NCBI GenBank assembly: GCA_951406725.2
Contig: OX597818.1
Coordinates: forward strand, 12,090,001-12,154,000
Reading direction: 5' to 3'
Source: Octopus vulgaris
Taxonomy: Eukaryota
DNA: 64,000 nucleotides
Shown: one piece after another, positions 26,411 to 40,071 of the stretch
Position numbering within the stretch: the stretch's first letter is position 1
Layout: each line of letters begins with the position of its first letter
Notes under the pieces: model-generated
Databases searched by the model: none
The model's input: only the letters and a program-made list of their open reading frames with translations
What the model was told of the DNA's origin: nothing
Position numbers and translations under genes: made by a program

Positions 26411-27641
26411 TTCCGATAACTGGAGGAACATAAAGTCTCTAATACCTTATCTTACAGTTACACTCAAATAAAAGGTCAAACATTAAAAAATAACTATTGG
26501 CAGAAATTTTAGTAAATTTAATTTAATAATTTACAAGATAAGATTTTGACATTCATTTTGAAAATAATTGAAATATTATTTCTGAAAATCTGCAATTATC
26601 AGCTGTTCCTAAATCAGAAAGTCACGATCCAAAATTAATGTCGTATCATTGCTATTTTAGAATTTCTAGTTTTCTTGTGCATGATAACGTAATTGCTGAT
26701 AATGTTCTGTAATAAGGATAAAGAAGTAAGCTGCAAGCGAAGCGAAAGCACGTTTGGTTCATGTTACTTTATGTACGTATATCATCCATATTCAGGAGAA
26801 AGGTATCAACGTCATACAGCTTCAATTCAACATATAGCCACATGTTTACACAAAACAGTGTAATTAACCATGAAATGTTGAATTTAAGTAGAAATGAGTT
26901 TAAATGAGTTTAAAGTAAGATGTGTGATATTGTTGCGTCTCTCATTTCGCTTTCGGTTCAAATCATACCACGGTCAAGTTAGACTTTTATTTTAAAAGAA
27001 TTGATAAAATAAAGTACTAGACAAGTACTAGGATCGGTAAAATTTTCTGCTTCTTGTACCCATGATTCCGTTGTGTGCCGGACAAAATATCTTGTGGTGC
27101 ATAATCACGTCCTATTATAGTTTGAGTTCAAGTCTTGTCGAGGTCAACTTGAACTTTTCATTCTTCTGTAACCGAAGAAATTCGGGATCAGTAGTAAAAT
27201 ATTGATTTCAAATTTCGGTACAAGGCCAGCAATCTCAAGACAAGGGTAAGTCGATTCCATCGACTCCAGAACTGAACTAGTACTTATTTTATCGATCCCG
27301 AAAGAATGACAGGCAAAGTCGACCTCGGCGGAATTTGATCTCGGAACACGAAGACAGACGAAATGCTTTCAAGTATTTCGCCTGTTGTACTTAACGATGC
27401 TTCAAAGCATCGCCTTGTGCCAACATAAGATACCCATTTTTATAAGGTATAAGAGTAGAGCTTTCCTCTTAGGCCAAACTCACATTAACACTTTAAGGTC
27501 ATCTCTGATCAAGCAGGTAAAGCCTGACATAATCGAAGGCATTTCGGACGTGAATATCCTCTCCCTCTATCACTAATACTTAATTTGTCTTAAGGCAAAC
27601 ATCCACTCCAATAGTCAGCATTTCTAACGGCTTTATTAAAT

Positions 27642-27766
<125 letters not shown>

Positions 27767-27904
27767 TTTGTTTTGCCGAGGTCGACTTTATCTTTCATCC
27801 TTTCGGGGGTCGGTAAAATAAGTACCAGTTGAACACCGGGGGCGATGTAATCGACTCATTGAACGGCACACATCCATTTCCAAGTAAGTTTATCTTATAT
27901 ACAT

Positions 27905-28335
27905 ATACATTCTTTTATTCTTTTGCTTGTTTCAAACATCTGACTGTGGTCATGCTAGAGCACTGCCTTAAAAGGATGTAGTCGAACAAATCGACCCCTG
28001 GGCCTATTCTTTGTAAGTCTAGTATACATTCTATCAGGTCTTGCGCCGAACCACTAAGTTACGAGGACGTAAACACACCAACATCAGTTATCAAGCGATG
28101 ATGGGGGTACAAACACAAACACAAAGACAGACACACATGAATATATACATTTATACATACATATAAATATTCAACGAGCTTCTTTCAGTTTCCATCAACC
28201 AAATCCGCTCACAAGGCTTTGGCCGGCACGTGGCTATAGTAAAAGACACTTGGCCAAGGTGTCACGCAGTGGGACTGAACCCGGAACCATGTGATTGGGA
28301 AGCAAGCTTCTTACCACACAGCCACGCCTGCGCCT
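27905..28335 (-). mobile_element. Full-length SINE family A
   Basis: Collinear with 22042-22493 from tail to head (ACCACACAGCCACGCCTGCGCCT). Confidence 0.9.
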
Positions 28336-28350
28336 AGACACCCGCACACG

Positions 28351-28382
<32 letters not shown>

Positions 28383-28609
28383 TGTATGTATGTATGTATG
28401 TATGTATGTATGTATTTATGTATTGCTTTGATTTCCCTTGGGTCCTCAGTTTTTGATTGTATTGTACAAGCCTCGTTGTGACATACCTGTACTCTTGGGC
28501 ATTTTAAGACCTGACGGAACCCATTCCTCTTGATATGATCATTATCAATTCCTTTCAGAAGGAGAGAGAGAGAGCGAAAGAAAAAAGAAAGAAAGAGAGA
28601 AAAAAGGAG

Positions 28610-28681
28610 GAAGAAGAAGAAGAAGAAGAAGAAGAAGAAGAAGAAGAAGAAGAAGAAGAAGAAGAAGAAGAAGAAGAAGAA
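28610..28681. repeat. (GAA)n microsatellite
   Basis: Direct reading. Confidence 0.95.
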
Positions 28682-29069
28682 TCAAGTTCAGCAGAGGACC
28701 GGAATTATATCAACTTCAGAGGAATTAAAGGCAAAGTTAACTTCAGTGGCATTTGAACTCAGAGCGCGGCAAGCCGGAACGAATGCGGCTAGGCAAGCTA
28801 TCCGACAGCCATTTTTTGTCTAACAGTTTCACTCACAAAATATTGGGCAACGCGAGCAGGTTATGGTAGCATATAAGCATTTGCCTTAGGTGCCACGAAG
28901 CCTTCCGAGCCTTGAACTTTGCGCTCAAGAAGCTAACCACTTTACTATGTCAGTGACCGTTTTGGGAATCAAGCTGATGGTCTCCCAGCATCTAACATAA
29001 TTTTTTTTTCCGAACCGAATATTTATTTCTAATTGACTTATTTAATGCTCCCTGCCCTAAATGTGTTAA

Positions 29070-29110
<41 letters not shown>

Positions 29111-29925
29111 TTGCATGTATCTGTAGGCATGTATGTATAGCCCAACTATCATAACCTTATAACTAAAGGTTGCCAGTACTACAGAAGATAAACACTATTT
29201 ACTAACAATCCTTCACCTTCTCAAGTTTCCGTTGGTCGGTTTTATTTACTTGTATATTTATGTATTTATTTATCTATTTATTGCGTGTCTAATTCATTCT
29301 AATATCTAAATATTGGCGGCAAATTAGGAAACCTCATGAAAATGTCACGTTAACATTAGAACAACATTCATACGTCATGAACTCCAGCCAAGATTCCCTT
29401 TCGATCCACACACACGCACAAATACAGACATACATGCAGACATATACACAAATATACAGTCAAATATGTAGACCCGTCAAACGCGGGTCCACACACACAC
29501 ACACACACATTAGTGCTAACACACTATCTTAAAGATAGTGTTTTGGGCAGTATGAAGTGCACACACACGCATACACTCCTGTATGTACAAAAACATATAC
29601 ATATACACGCATATAAATATATCGATGGCGAATCCCCCAAAACAAACAAAAACAAAAATAATTTCGATGACTTAAGTTCACGATCAAAATTATTAATTTG
29701 ATTTCAAAAATAAATAAAAAAAGTTAACTTCAACGTTTCGGAATTAGTCCTTCTTCGAAAAAAAGCGGAAATATAATCGAAAATGCTAATGTAAAGCTTG
29801 TCCGAAATTTGAAGGAGTGAGTGAATAATTTTCGAGGACAGAAGAGCGAATGCGAGTGCGAGGTTATAGGTCTATCTCTGTATGTTTCGTGTAGGTGTTT
29901 GGAGGGTGTGAAAAATTAGTTTCTC

Positions 29926-30000
<75 letters not shown>

Positions 30001-31025
30001 TTTGTATGAGTACCTTGTACATCATACAATGTAAGTTTCCTGCCGGAGAGTCTATCAATGAAAAAGTGTGCATTTTTATTTGTTGGTGTATAGAGGTGTG
30101 ATTGTGTGTCAGTATATTTATATATAGACACAAACATTCGCCTACACGTACACGTGCGCGCGCGCACGTACACACACACACACAACAGTTTGTGCGTTTA
30201 TTTGTATATATGTGTTAGTGTGGGCGTATCAGTCTTTTTGTGTAACTGTAAATGTATTTTCATAGTGCGTGTGTGTGTGTGTGTGCGTACGTGCAGATGA
30301 ATGTTTGTTTGTATGTGTATATAGATATAATGACACACAATCACACATCTAAGCGGGGTGTTACAACGTCATCTGCTGCTATGGACTAGCTTGGTATATA
30401 TTGTCCTCACCTGGTAAGGGTCGGCAATAGATGGGCCATAAGGACATTTATTGTGGTTCTTTTCTAAATGATTTTCAGATAGTCTGTATTTATGGGTCAA
30501 CCTTTTCGTTTACGATTTACATATTTTAGTATGTAAGACGTACTATAGATGTATATCATAGGCAAAAGTAAAACAAAAACAAAATCAAAAGTAGGTCATT
30601 ACAAAAGAAGTTTCTGATACGCCGGTGAACCATACAAGGAGCCTCTATGTGGTCGTTCGATCAGCTAGAAATAGCAACCAAATCATAAACTACCATCATA
30701 GAAAAGGACATATTGGGAAGATGTGGTCATGGATTCCTTGCTCTTAGGAAAAAGACGAGATGGTTACAACTGGAATGTCTGTTCAATGAGGGTTGGTTTA
30801 AGACTAAACAAGAAGAGAAAGATGAAGATGAACAACAACGATAACGAGAACAACAATAACCTGAAACACCCCTCTCTCCTCTTACCATCTTCCAGACTAT
30901 CTTAAAAGCCTCAGGTTGCACACTAACTTCTACAATTCAATCCTTCCTCCCTGGAGCGACAACTCACAAGAATTCCCTTCTTGCCCACATTTTTTCTGCA
31001 GTCGTAGACCTCCAAGTGTTTAAAT

Positions 31026-31325
31026 CAGTGGTTCTCAACCATTTTTTTTTATCTATGGACCCCCTTTATTCTGGTGGATCCCCATAGCCATTTGGTGTTT
31101 ATAAACTAGTTACATAGACACTTCTTTCAAAATTTCTATTTTGTTTATTACACATTCCCTTATGTAGGCTGAACGATGTAAAATGTCAATGGAAGAAACC
31201 TAGCTGTTTCTTGCAATAAATACATCTAAAGCAATGTACACTGTGGCCCCAGTGTACATTTTGATTGTGTGTCCCCATCCCACCCTTACCCCAAATCTTA
31301 TATGGACCCCGGTTGAGAATCACTG
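31026..31325. mobile_element. hAT (Charlie-like) MITE
   Basis: 15-bp TIR CAGTGGTTCTCAACC / CAGTGATTCTCAACC and 8-bp TSD GTTTAAAT / GTTTAAAC. Confidence 0.9.
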
Positions 31326-32859
31326 GTTTAAACAGAACATCAGCCCTTTCAATGTTGGCAATCTGGGAAGATCTGAAAAGATATTGAACACAATCCTCTC
31401 TTTTTGACAAAATTGAACTATTGAAACAAAATTAAAAAAAAACCCCGATATTTCTACGCTTGGCTGAAAATGAAATGTCGAAAATATTGGGATAAAGGTA
31501 CAGAAAATAACTGAAAAAAAAAAAATGAATAGAAAAAATGCAATGATGAAAAGCAAACGTACATGAGTGCAACGTTGCTAATTTTAGGCTGTAAAGAAGA
31601 AACAAAAGGAAGTTAATCCCTAGCTACGACCTTTGTATTTTTGATTCTGGCTGCTTGGAAATTTTAGGTGCTGTCGAGCATTTCCTTTCTCCGAGTAAAT
31701 TGGACAGGGCTTATACAATTTAAATGCCTATACATAACCTCAAGGCTTTCAAAGAAGAGGATGACTATGTATAAACAATTAGATCGAACACCATATTCGA
31801 CTGGTATACATTTTAGTGACAAGAGGATAAGTAACGAAGACAAGATATGAGCCCAAAATGTGACCTGATGCGCTCCATTGTTTCTATTCTCTACCTTTCG
31901 TACACTTAATACTTTTTCTAATTCTGACACAAAACCAGTAAGTCTGAGGAGAAAAGGAGTCAATTACATCGAACTAGTGTTCAACTGGAACTAACTTTAT
32001 CGACTTTGAAAGAACGAAAGGCAAGTTCAGTCTCGGTGGAATTTGAACTCAAGACGTAAAAAGCAAGAAGAAACTCCGCCATATTTTTTGTCCGACGAGC
32101 TAACGATTTAGCCTGATCGCCACCTTCGTTTATCTATTGATAGTGACGTCAGATAAATAAGATGATTTGCTGTTTTCCAAGAATTATTTTCTTTTATCAA
32201 TTGAATATTAGTTGTAAATTAAAAATATTTATAATAAATTTAAAGCACCGAGCAGGCAGAATCGTTAGCACGCACTGCAAAATGCTTAGCGGCATTTCGT
32301 CCATCTTTACGTTCTGAGTTCAAATGCTGTCGAGGTCGACTTCGCCTTTTATCCTTTCGGAGCCTATAAAATAAGTACCAATTGAACACTGGAGTAGATG
32401 TAATCGACTTATCCCCAATCCTGAAATTGCTGACCTTGTGTCAAATTTTGAAATATAAATTACTTGGATATTATTCTAAACTCCATGAAGTAAGAGTCAT
32501 TAAAGCACCGAACAACATGCCTGGTAATATGTGTTCCGGCACTTTAATTTCAAAGTTCGAATCCCTCCAATGTTAGCTTCACCTGTCGTCTTTTCGGAGT
32601 CGATAAAAGTATTCGGCAAATACTTTTATGCTGCAACCATTGAGCTTCCGCTGTGTCACCAGTGTGAAGGTTGAGAGAATGGCTGAGTCTGATTGCATCT
32701 ACATAGACACTTAAACAAGAACGACGGCTTTGGGTATGTTGCCACTAGGTCTCGTTCGATTGCGAATGATAGCAGAGCTTATTTTTAAATTCAGTTCCGT
32801 TCTAATGTGACTTCATTATTACTAATGTGACTTCATTATCTTAAGAGAAAACGAAACAT

Positions 32860-33534
32860 GATATTACAAAAGGAAAATAATATTACATGGGACAGGGACA
32901 AAGGCGGCGAGCTGGCAGAAACGTTAGCACGCCAGGTGAAATGCTTAGCGGTATTTCGTCTGCCACTACGTTCTGAGTTCAAATTCCGCCGAGGTCGACT
33001 TTGCCTTTCATCCTTTCGGGGTCGATTAAATAAGTGCCAGTTACGTACTGGGGTCGATGTAATCGACTTAATACCTATGTCTGTCCTTGTTTGTACTCTC
33101 TGTGTTTAATCCCTTGTGGGTAGTAAAGAAATAGGTATTACATCGACCTCAGTGCGTAACTGGTACTTATTTAATCGACCCCGAAAGGATGAAAGGCAAA
33201 GTCGACCTCGGTGGACTTTGAACTCAGAACGTAACGGTAGACGAAATACCTATTTCTTTACTACCCACAAGGGACTAAACACAAGGGACTAAACACAGAG
33301 GGGACAAACAAGGACAAACAAACGGATTAAGTCGATTATATCGACCCAGTGCGTAACTAATACTTAATTTCTCGACCCCGAAAGGATGAAAGGCAAAGTC
33401 GACCTCGGCGGAATTTGAACTCAGAACGTAGCGGCAGACGAAATACCGCTAAGCATTTCGCCCGGCGTGCTAACGCTTCTGCCAGCTCGCCGCCGTTGTC
33501 CCATGTCACATGTAATATTCCCTTTTGTAATATC
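32860..33534. repeat. Inverted pair of SINE B copies including shared upstream flank
   Basis: 32860-33138(+) is mirrored by ~33245-33534(-), with an extra partial SINE unit between them. Confidence 0.88.
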
Positions 33535-34192
33535 GTAGTACTGTCACGTAAAGTCAATATTTTTCTGTTAAATAACAAGTTAATAAATATATCAAAATAT
33601 TTAAAAATGTTTTCAAACAGAACAGTAAAATGGTTTGTATTCATAAATTAAAACTGCACAAAGTGTTCCATTTTTGTTTTCTAATCTTCCGTTAAGCAAT
33701 AAAATCGCTTGTTTTGCTCTCAATATAACAGCCATTTTAAAAGTTACAGTAACTATTTTTTCGTGTTAGAATAAATCTGGTAACTGTGAGCACGCAACTA
33801 TGAGTAACTAAAAAAATGTTTTATTAGGGTAATAGAGGAATAGTAATAAACTACAAGAACTCGTTAAGGCAACAAGGGAATAGTAAAAGAAACAACTAAC
33901 AAACAAAACAAAAAAAGCAACTTAATTAGGGAAATGCATAGATACATATATGTATGTATGAATGTATATCTCCTATTATAGAAAACAAAAAAAAAAGCCC
34001 CTAGAAATTGTGGTAATAGGGGAATGGTGAAGAAAAAGAAATAAACTAAAATTAGAAACAACGAGCAGCAGATAAGATTTCAACTGAATGATGGGAGGAA
34101 GGGGAAAAATACACCCAAGAAATTTTCATTTTCCTTCATGAGATTGTTTTGCTTAGTTATTCATTTGCTTATATACTTCATCGTTTCTATCG

Positions 34193-34337
<145 letters not shown>

Positions 34338-35156
34338 GCGACTTCAAAAAAGAACCCATCTATTAATCTTGATATCAAAGAAGCAGTTATTTTTGAACAA
34401 GAGATTTAGCAGAAGCTTTTCTTTTTTTTTTAAAGAGGGTTACTATATCATATATCAAAACATTGTAAAAATGCATAGATTCTTTTCCATTTGTATCAGA
34501 ACTGAAAACTTTCATCAGTCAGATAACGTATTAGAAAAAATGTATTATTTGAATGCTAGGTAATTTTTTTCCCTCTTTATAAATGTTATTTACTTAACGG
34601 TGAGCAATATTTATAGTATTTCTTAGTCTGGGCAGGCAGCAAAAAGCCCATAACATTTTTGTTTTTGTTTTTTCGAGATATTTTTTTCCAGCATTGTTAT
34701 ATGGCCAAGAAATTTACTACACCACCACGTCGTACCAGATTTAATTCCACTGTGCGACCCTAACCCTTTCAGCAAGTGCCTTCTACTATAGCCTCGAATC
34801 AACCAAGGTACTGGTTGTGACATTTTATCAGATGAAACTATTCAAAAGCTGAACTTGAATGTGGAACCATGAAATGGCGAACTGAGCGTGTTAAGCACAC
34901 GACCATGTCGAAGAAAAGTCTCTAAAAAGAAAGAAAATTTAAAAAGTAGCGTGGGTGTTTTGCCGCCTACGTAGCGTAAGAAATAATGTAAATATATACA
35001 TACGTGTATTTACAACATATGTACTTTCTCTTTACTTTTTTTTCCTTTTTTATTCTGAGTTAATTTTGACCGGCCAAATGCTTGGTAGCAAGCTTGAGGA
35101 GGAAAACATCTTGTTTTGTCCATCATACTTTAAATCTTAAGGTCTTGCAGATTTTT

Positions 35157-35379
35157 AAGTAGGGGAGATAACAGGGTCAAATGACTTCGCCCCAACATAA
35201 GGGTGCGTGTGTGTATGAGAGAGTATGTAGTGCGTATGAAAGGTCTGGACGTGTGTATGTATGTATGATGTGATGTGTAATGTCGTATGGTGTAGTGTAG
35301 AGAGAGGAGGAGATGAAAGGGTAGAAATTGATATTAATCAATTAAAACCAGTGGCTTAGCATATTTTAAAAATCCGAAG

Positions 35380-35417
<38 letters not shown>

Positions 35418-35642
35418 CTTCGGATTTTTAAAATATGCTAAGCCACTGGTTTTAATTGATTAATATCAATTTCTACCCTTTCATCTCCTCCTCTCTCTCT
35501 ACACTACACCATACGACATTACACATCACATCATACATACATACACACGTCCAGACCTTTCATACGCACAACATACTCTCTCATACACACACGCACCCTT
35601 ATGTTGGGGCGAAGTCATTTGACCCTGTTATCTCCCCTACTT
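35157..35642. repeat. Near-perfect long inverted repeat (~225-bp arms) centred on (TA)n
   Basis: AAGTAGGGGAGATAACAGGG...AATCCGAAGAT (TA)n ATCTTCGGATT...CCCTGTTATCTCCCCTACTT. One substitution and one AG-unit indel were seen. Confidence 0.97.
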
Positions 35643-35893
35643 TCGCTCTCACGTCTGATCTCTGACTTCTGGCCGGAATCAGATCGCCATGTTGAATCGC
35701 TAGCTTCTGCACTCATTTTTCTCTCTCCTTGTTTCTCTCCATGTTTCTTTTCTGTGTATCTTTCTGTTGAAGAGCGTAGGCTCGAAACGTAAAAGACTTG
35801 TTTTATTTATATTCCTGAGTGCCATACTAATACAATTGTTTGTTTGTACTCCCCCTGCCTTCGTCATTTGTTTATTTTCATAAAGCTTTCCGT
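35416..35893 (+). mobile_element. PLE terminal-repeat (pLTR)-type unit between two (TA)n tracts
   Basis: The 3' part (hammerhead, then AAAGACTT...CTTCGTC.TTTG) resembles the 3' end of the GIY-YIG element at 57650-57895. Confidence 0.75.
35759..35796 (+). ncRNA. Minimal type I hammerhead, CUGUUGA core variant
   Basis: UCUUU-CUGUUGA-A-GAGC(GUAG)GCUC-GAAA-CG-UA-AAAGA. Stems I and II are perfect, stem III is the ACGU palindrome, and the site is GUA. Confidence 0.75.
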
Positions 35894-37269
35894 TATATAT
35901 ATATATATATATATATATACATACATATATGTATACACACATATATATACTCTCGAACCCACACACAATTTTTTATTCTTTGGCTTGAAGGGTTTTCTCG
36001 AACAAATCGACCCCTGTACTTATTTTTAAAGCCTAGTACTTATTATATCGAACTCTTTTGCCGAACCCCTAAGTTACGGATGCATAAACACACCAACATC
36101 GGTTGTCAAGCGATGAGGGGGGGACACAGACACAAAGACACACACACACACACACACATATGACAGTTTCCGTCAACCAAGGTTTTTGTCGACCTGAGGC
36201 TATAGTAGAAGACACTCAAGGTGTCACACAGTGAGACTCAACCTGAAACCATGTGACTGAGAAGCAAGCTTCTTATTACACAGGCACGCATACTCCACTT
36301 TCACTTTTTTTTCACTTTGTAGTTAGTTGGCTCAAAGGTTAGATCGCCAAAATAACGAACAAAAACGAGAGCAACAAAGTGGGTAAAGATAGCGCTATGA
36401 TTTAAAAGAAACTATGTTGGTCAGAGACGGAGGTACAATCGGTATCTAAGAATTTTTTAGGATCTCACATGTCAGTGAGATTGATTCGGTGGATGTACTA
36501 TGTATGAATAAACAATTGTAAGCCGATGTCTGATTCGAAAAACGTAAGCAAGAAAAGGACTCCGAAGGATATGTATTCGCGCAAGGGTAGAGGGTTGTGC
36601 AAGGTGTTTGGTGCAGGGTCTATAGGTAAGACACAATACAGACAAAAGAAATTGAGACAGGTGCGCAGAGTGGGGTTGGATGGAGCGGGTGTATGTGGAA
36701 AAGCAGTTCAGGGCAGCAAGAGAAATCGTTGACACAGGGGTAGAAGAAGAAACAAAGGTTTGAAGAAGGGGAGATATACCAGCCTTGCCAATCAGCAAGT
36801 GGCTATTTTTATATTCTGATCAGGTATGATTGCGTGTGTAGCAGTAGTATCATCATCAGCAGTAACGTTTGAAGTTAGGTTGATGACAGTAAATAAAGAC
36901 AAAACAAGAATTCCAGACAACGCAGTTGTGGGCGCTGGGTGCGGCTCACGGAACTTGACAACGTTAGGGTGAAATGTTAAACAAAAGCAGGGACGGGCCT
37001 ACGGAAGGTGGCCTGAGGGGCACGCACCCTACTCATGAAAAGAAGTGCGCCCTCCTAAATAATGTTATTACGCTCTTTTCTCCTGGAATTATATTCCCAT
37101 CTGATTCGAAAAATTCCTGGGACCGCGCCTGAAAAGCGTCTCAGTATGTGTCAACTCTGACTAAGAAAAATACATTCATTGATTCCCCATGTTCATATGG
37201 AGCATTTTACATTAAGGAGTGGAATGCACAATTTCTCGTGAGTCAGACTGTCTCATGGTCGCAGGAGAC

Positions 37270-37560
37270 TAAATGGAAAAGGTGTTGGAACAGATATGCT
37301 GGAACAATCAGTCTGACTCATGGTGCTCGCACTTGCGGATAGCCATCTCCGCCTCGATAGCGGTGAGTAGGGATATGGTCTGGAGGCTGAGAACGCCAGA
37401 GGTCTCTACCGTCACAGGCTCGATTATAAACCTGTCATATGGCGACAGATAGTTTGACACTTTGCTTTTCTCAACCTGACGAGCAGCGGAGCCAGGGCTG
37501 GTAGCTGAACACACCAAGCTGCCATGGGAGAAGGTGTCACAGCATGTAACATCCCATATT
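37270..37560 (-). mobile_element. Fragment of a restriction-like endonuclease domain from a CRE-type non-LTR retrotransposon
   Basis: IWDVTCCDTFSHGSLVCSATSPGSAARQVEKSKVSNY...FIIEPVTVETSGV matches the WD.TC.DT...G.AA..AE..K..KY...P.A.ET.G pattern of CRE-clade RLE domains. Confidence 0.75.
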
Positions 37561-39233
37561 TTCCCTACGTGTAGGAATCCAAGGACTACATTATTCAACG
37601 TATCTTTTTCTGAGTATGATTTAAAGGGAGTATAATTTGAAGGAAATTTGGTTGCCATCATTAGTAGGTGTTGCGATTATTTTGGTTCGTAGGTAGTCTG
37701 TAATCGAACGATTAAGTGCTTCCCATGATTCATAGTGCATCTGTGGGAAGCATTTCTAGACTGTTATCCTGTGCACATCAATGTTGTGTAACACTCTAAG
37801 CATATTGTATTTTTCACTGCCCTCCATATATTTTTGCATATACCAGCTATTACTGTTACTTATTTAGTATCAAATTAGTTCTAATCGAGCAGGTGATCAA
37901 GTGATAAATACAATCTCATCTGTTTATATATTTTTATTTCATTCATATTGTATCTATGACTTCAATATCGAGTATCTTCCCATTTTGATCCCTTTGATAC
38001 CAAACCAATTAAGGTTCCCTCTGATCCCCTGGTATATACTTCCGGCTCTAAAATTATCTAAATTAAAAGCTTTCATCAAAATTTCATGTTAAATTATGTT
38101 CCTATCACCATTTTAATAATGACTTAATCATTTTATTATTTTAACAATTAATAGGAACCCCACCGCCAAAAAAAAAAAAAAAATGCACCCATCTATTTCA
38201 TCAAAGATAGCGACAAAAGTGTTAAGATAGTAGGAGTGATTTGAGGAAAATTCGACTGTTCTCTTTAGCATCTTGACTGCGAAGAGTAGTGGTTCTTTTT
38301 ACACAAACAAACTTCAATTGATTTTTTATAAACTCATCAACGACCCTCAAGATCTAACAACATACTACACTTACAATAAATTTTGCAAGACCCCTCTAAA
38401 ACTTACTACTTTCCCCTACCATTTTGTAAGAGCACCATTAAGGCAGCGTTAGAACATCCTTTAAGAAACATTGGGATAGATCAGTTCGTTCAGTAAGTTC
38501 TCATGACCGTTCAAATAGAAGATTGATAGTTTTACACCCTTGCTCATTGCTCAAACGTCAACATTCCTTTTCACTTATTCCACGTTTCATTCAAATGCCA
38601 CAGAAATCTTCAAAGGAAAAATCAGAGGACTGTAATTGGTCGTCCAAGCTGCTAGAAATAGTAGCTAATTCTCCTCACTTCACACATGAGTATATATCAA
38701 CTGTAACATGAATGTGTGTGAGCGTGTGTGCATGTACACACGCGCGCGCGTGCACCCACATCCACGCCCACACAGAGCAATGACAGATCTGTAAGTAGTC
38801 GCCCAATGGCAATTAAACCTTCTTCAAAACCAACGAAAGAAGATGCATTGATATTTTTGATTACTGTTATATTTAGCAAGATAAAAGTGTGATTTGAGGG
38901 AGATCTGCTATTTCTAGCATACTTGGTAGCCACTTACAGGTCTCTGTCTTTGGCTTTGGATATCTGCATGGCATAATTTGAAAAGTATATTGATGTTTGA
39001 ACGGTGGGCAGTTTTGCGAAACACTAAGCTGAACGTTGTGAAGGCTAGAGCAATGCTGGAAAGGTTGCAGAATAAAAGACTTTGTCCAATCAGACCGTCG
39101 TCATTTGCACCCCAACAAGCTTGCATGTGGTTGGTTCACTTCAACCCACTTGACGCCCCATTCTATGGGTGGCCTGCATTTGAGCATGCGCTTGCCAGTG
39201 GACTTTAAAAATAGCACACACACACACATACAC

Positions 39234-39282
<49 letters not shown>

Positions 39283-39344
39283 GTGTGTGTGTGTGTGTGT
39301 ATGTACACATACATACATACCCACACACGCACATACAAACATGC

Positions 39345-39396
<52 letters not shown>

Positions 39397-39526
39397 GGAG
39401 GCTTGCTATATATACATATATATATATAAGCATACACATGCGCAAACACACGCACACACACACGCGCACACTCAGACACACACACAGATAGATATAAAAC
39501 ATATATATTTCAGAACATGCACTAAC

Positions 39527-40071
39527 CTTTGTGTTGTTATATGTAGGTGTGTCCGACTGTATGTCAGTAGTATGATCCACAGAATTCGGTAGAGTTTGTG
39601 TGTTGCCACTATTTTCTTGAACAGAATATCCGATCATTGGATTGCAAGCCGACCCACTCCTCAATCTGGGTAGAGTAGAGTGAGGGCTGTTGTATAGCAT
39701 CCTATGTACGGAGGGAGGAACATTCGGTTCACTGGAAACACCAGAAGTATCGTCTGTTAGACTGAGATCATTTAACGACCTGGCCATCTGTGAATCTGGT
39801 AACTGTGAGTGCAGGTCATTCTGACGTTGCTGGTTTAATATTGGTAAGACTCTTGACATGCCAGGAACATCCCCGGCACCACGCAGAGAAATCGATCGAG
39901 GTTTGACAGGAACGGGTGGTGGCACACGCTTCTTGCGGCCATCTTGATAGCGTGTTAAAGTCATTGATTTCGTTTCCTCCAGTCTCTGGATTCGTTGTTT
40001 TACAGAGACCAAACTTTCTTCATCGATGTCTTCAGCATTTGTCTGGCTTGCTGTCTGCCCAGTTGCCGTTT
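39527..40071 (-). CDS. Internal coding exon (545 bp, phase 1 to phase 0) of an unidentified, probably scaffold or signalling protein; disordered Ser/Pro-rich region
   Basis: Acceptor ..CTATTGCAG| and donor AAG|GTTAGT bound a stop-free, non-repetitive frame: [32 protein letters not shown]...[15 protein letters not shown]...ARSLNDLS...HSTLPRLRS...TYNNTK. The rest of ORF 39101-40012 is microsatellite read-through. Confidence 0.85.

Noticed and set aside
29728-29762. Minus-strand CGAAGA-A-GGA/UCC-GAAACGUU-GAA hammerhead
   Set aside because: The core lacks U4 and the stems are only 3 bp. It is likely a relic but not callable.
36989-37131. Small MITE with CAGG.CGG.CC ends
   Set aside because: The TIR is short and imperfect, and no convincing TSD was found.
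39101-39526. C-terminal part of the 303-aa ORF
   Set aside because: It lies beyond the GTTAGT donor and is microsatellite read-through.
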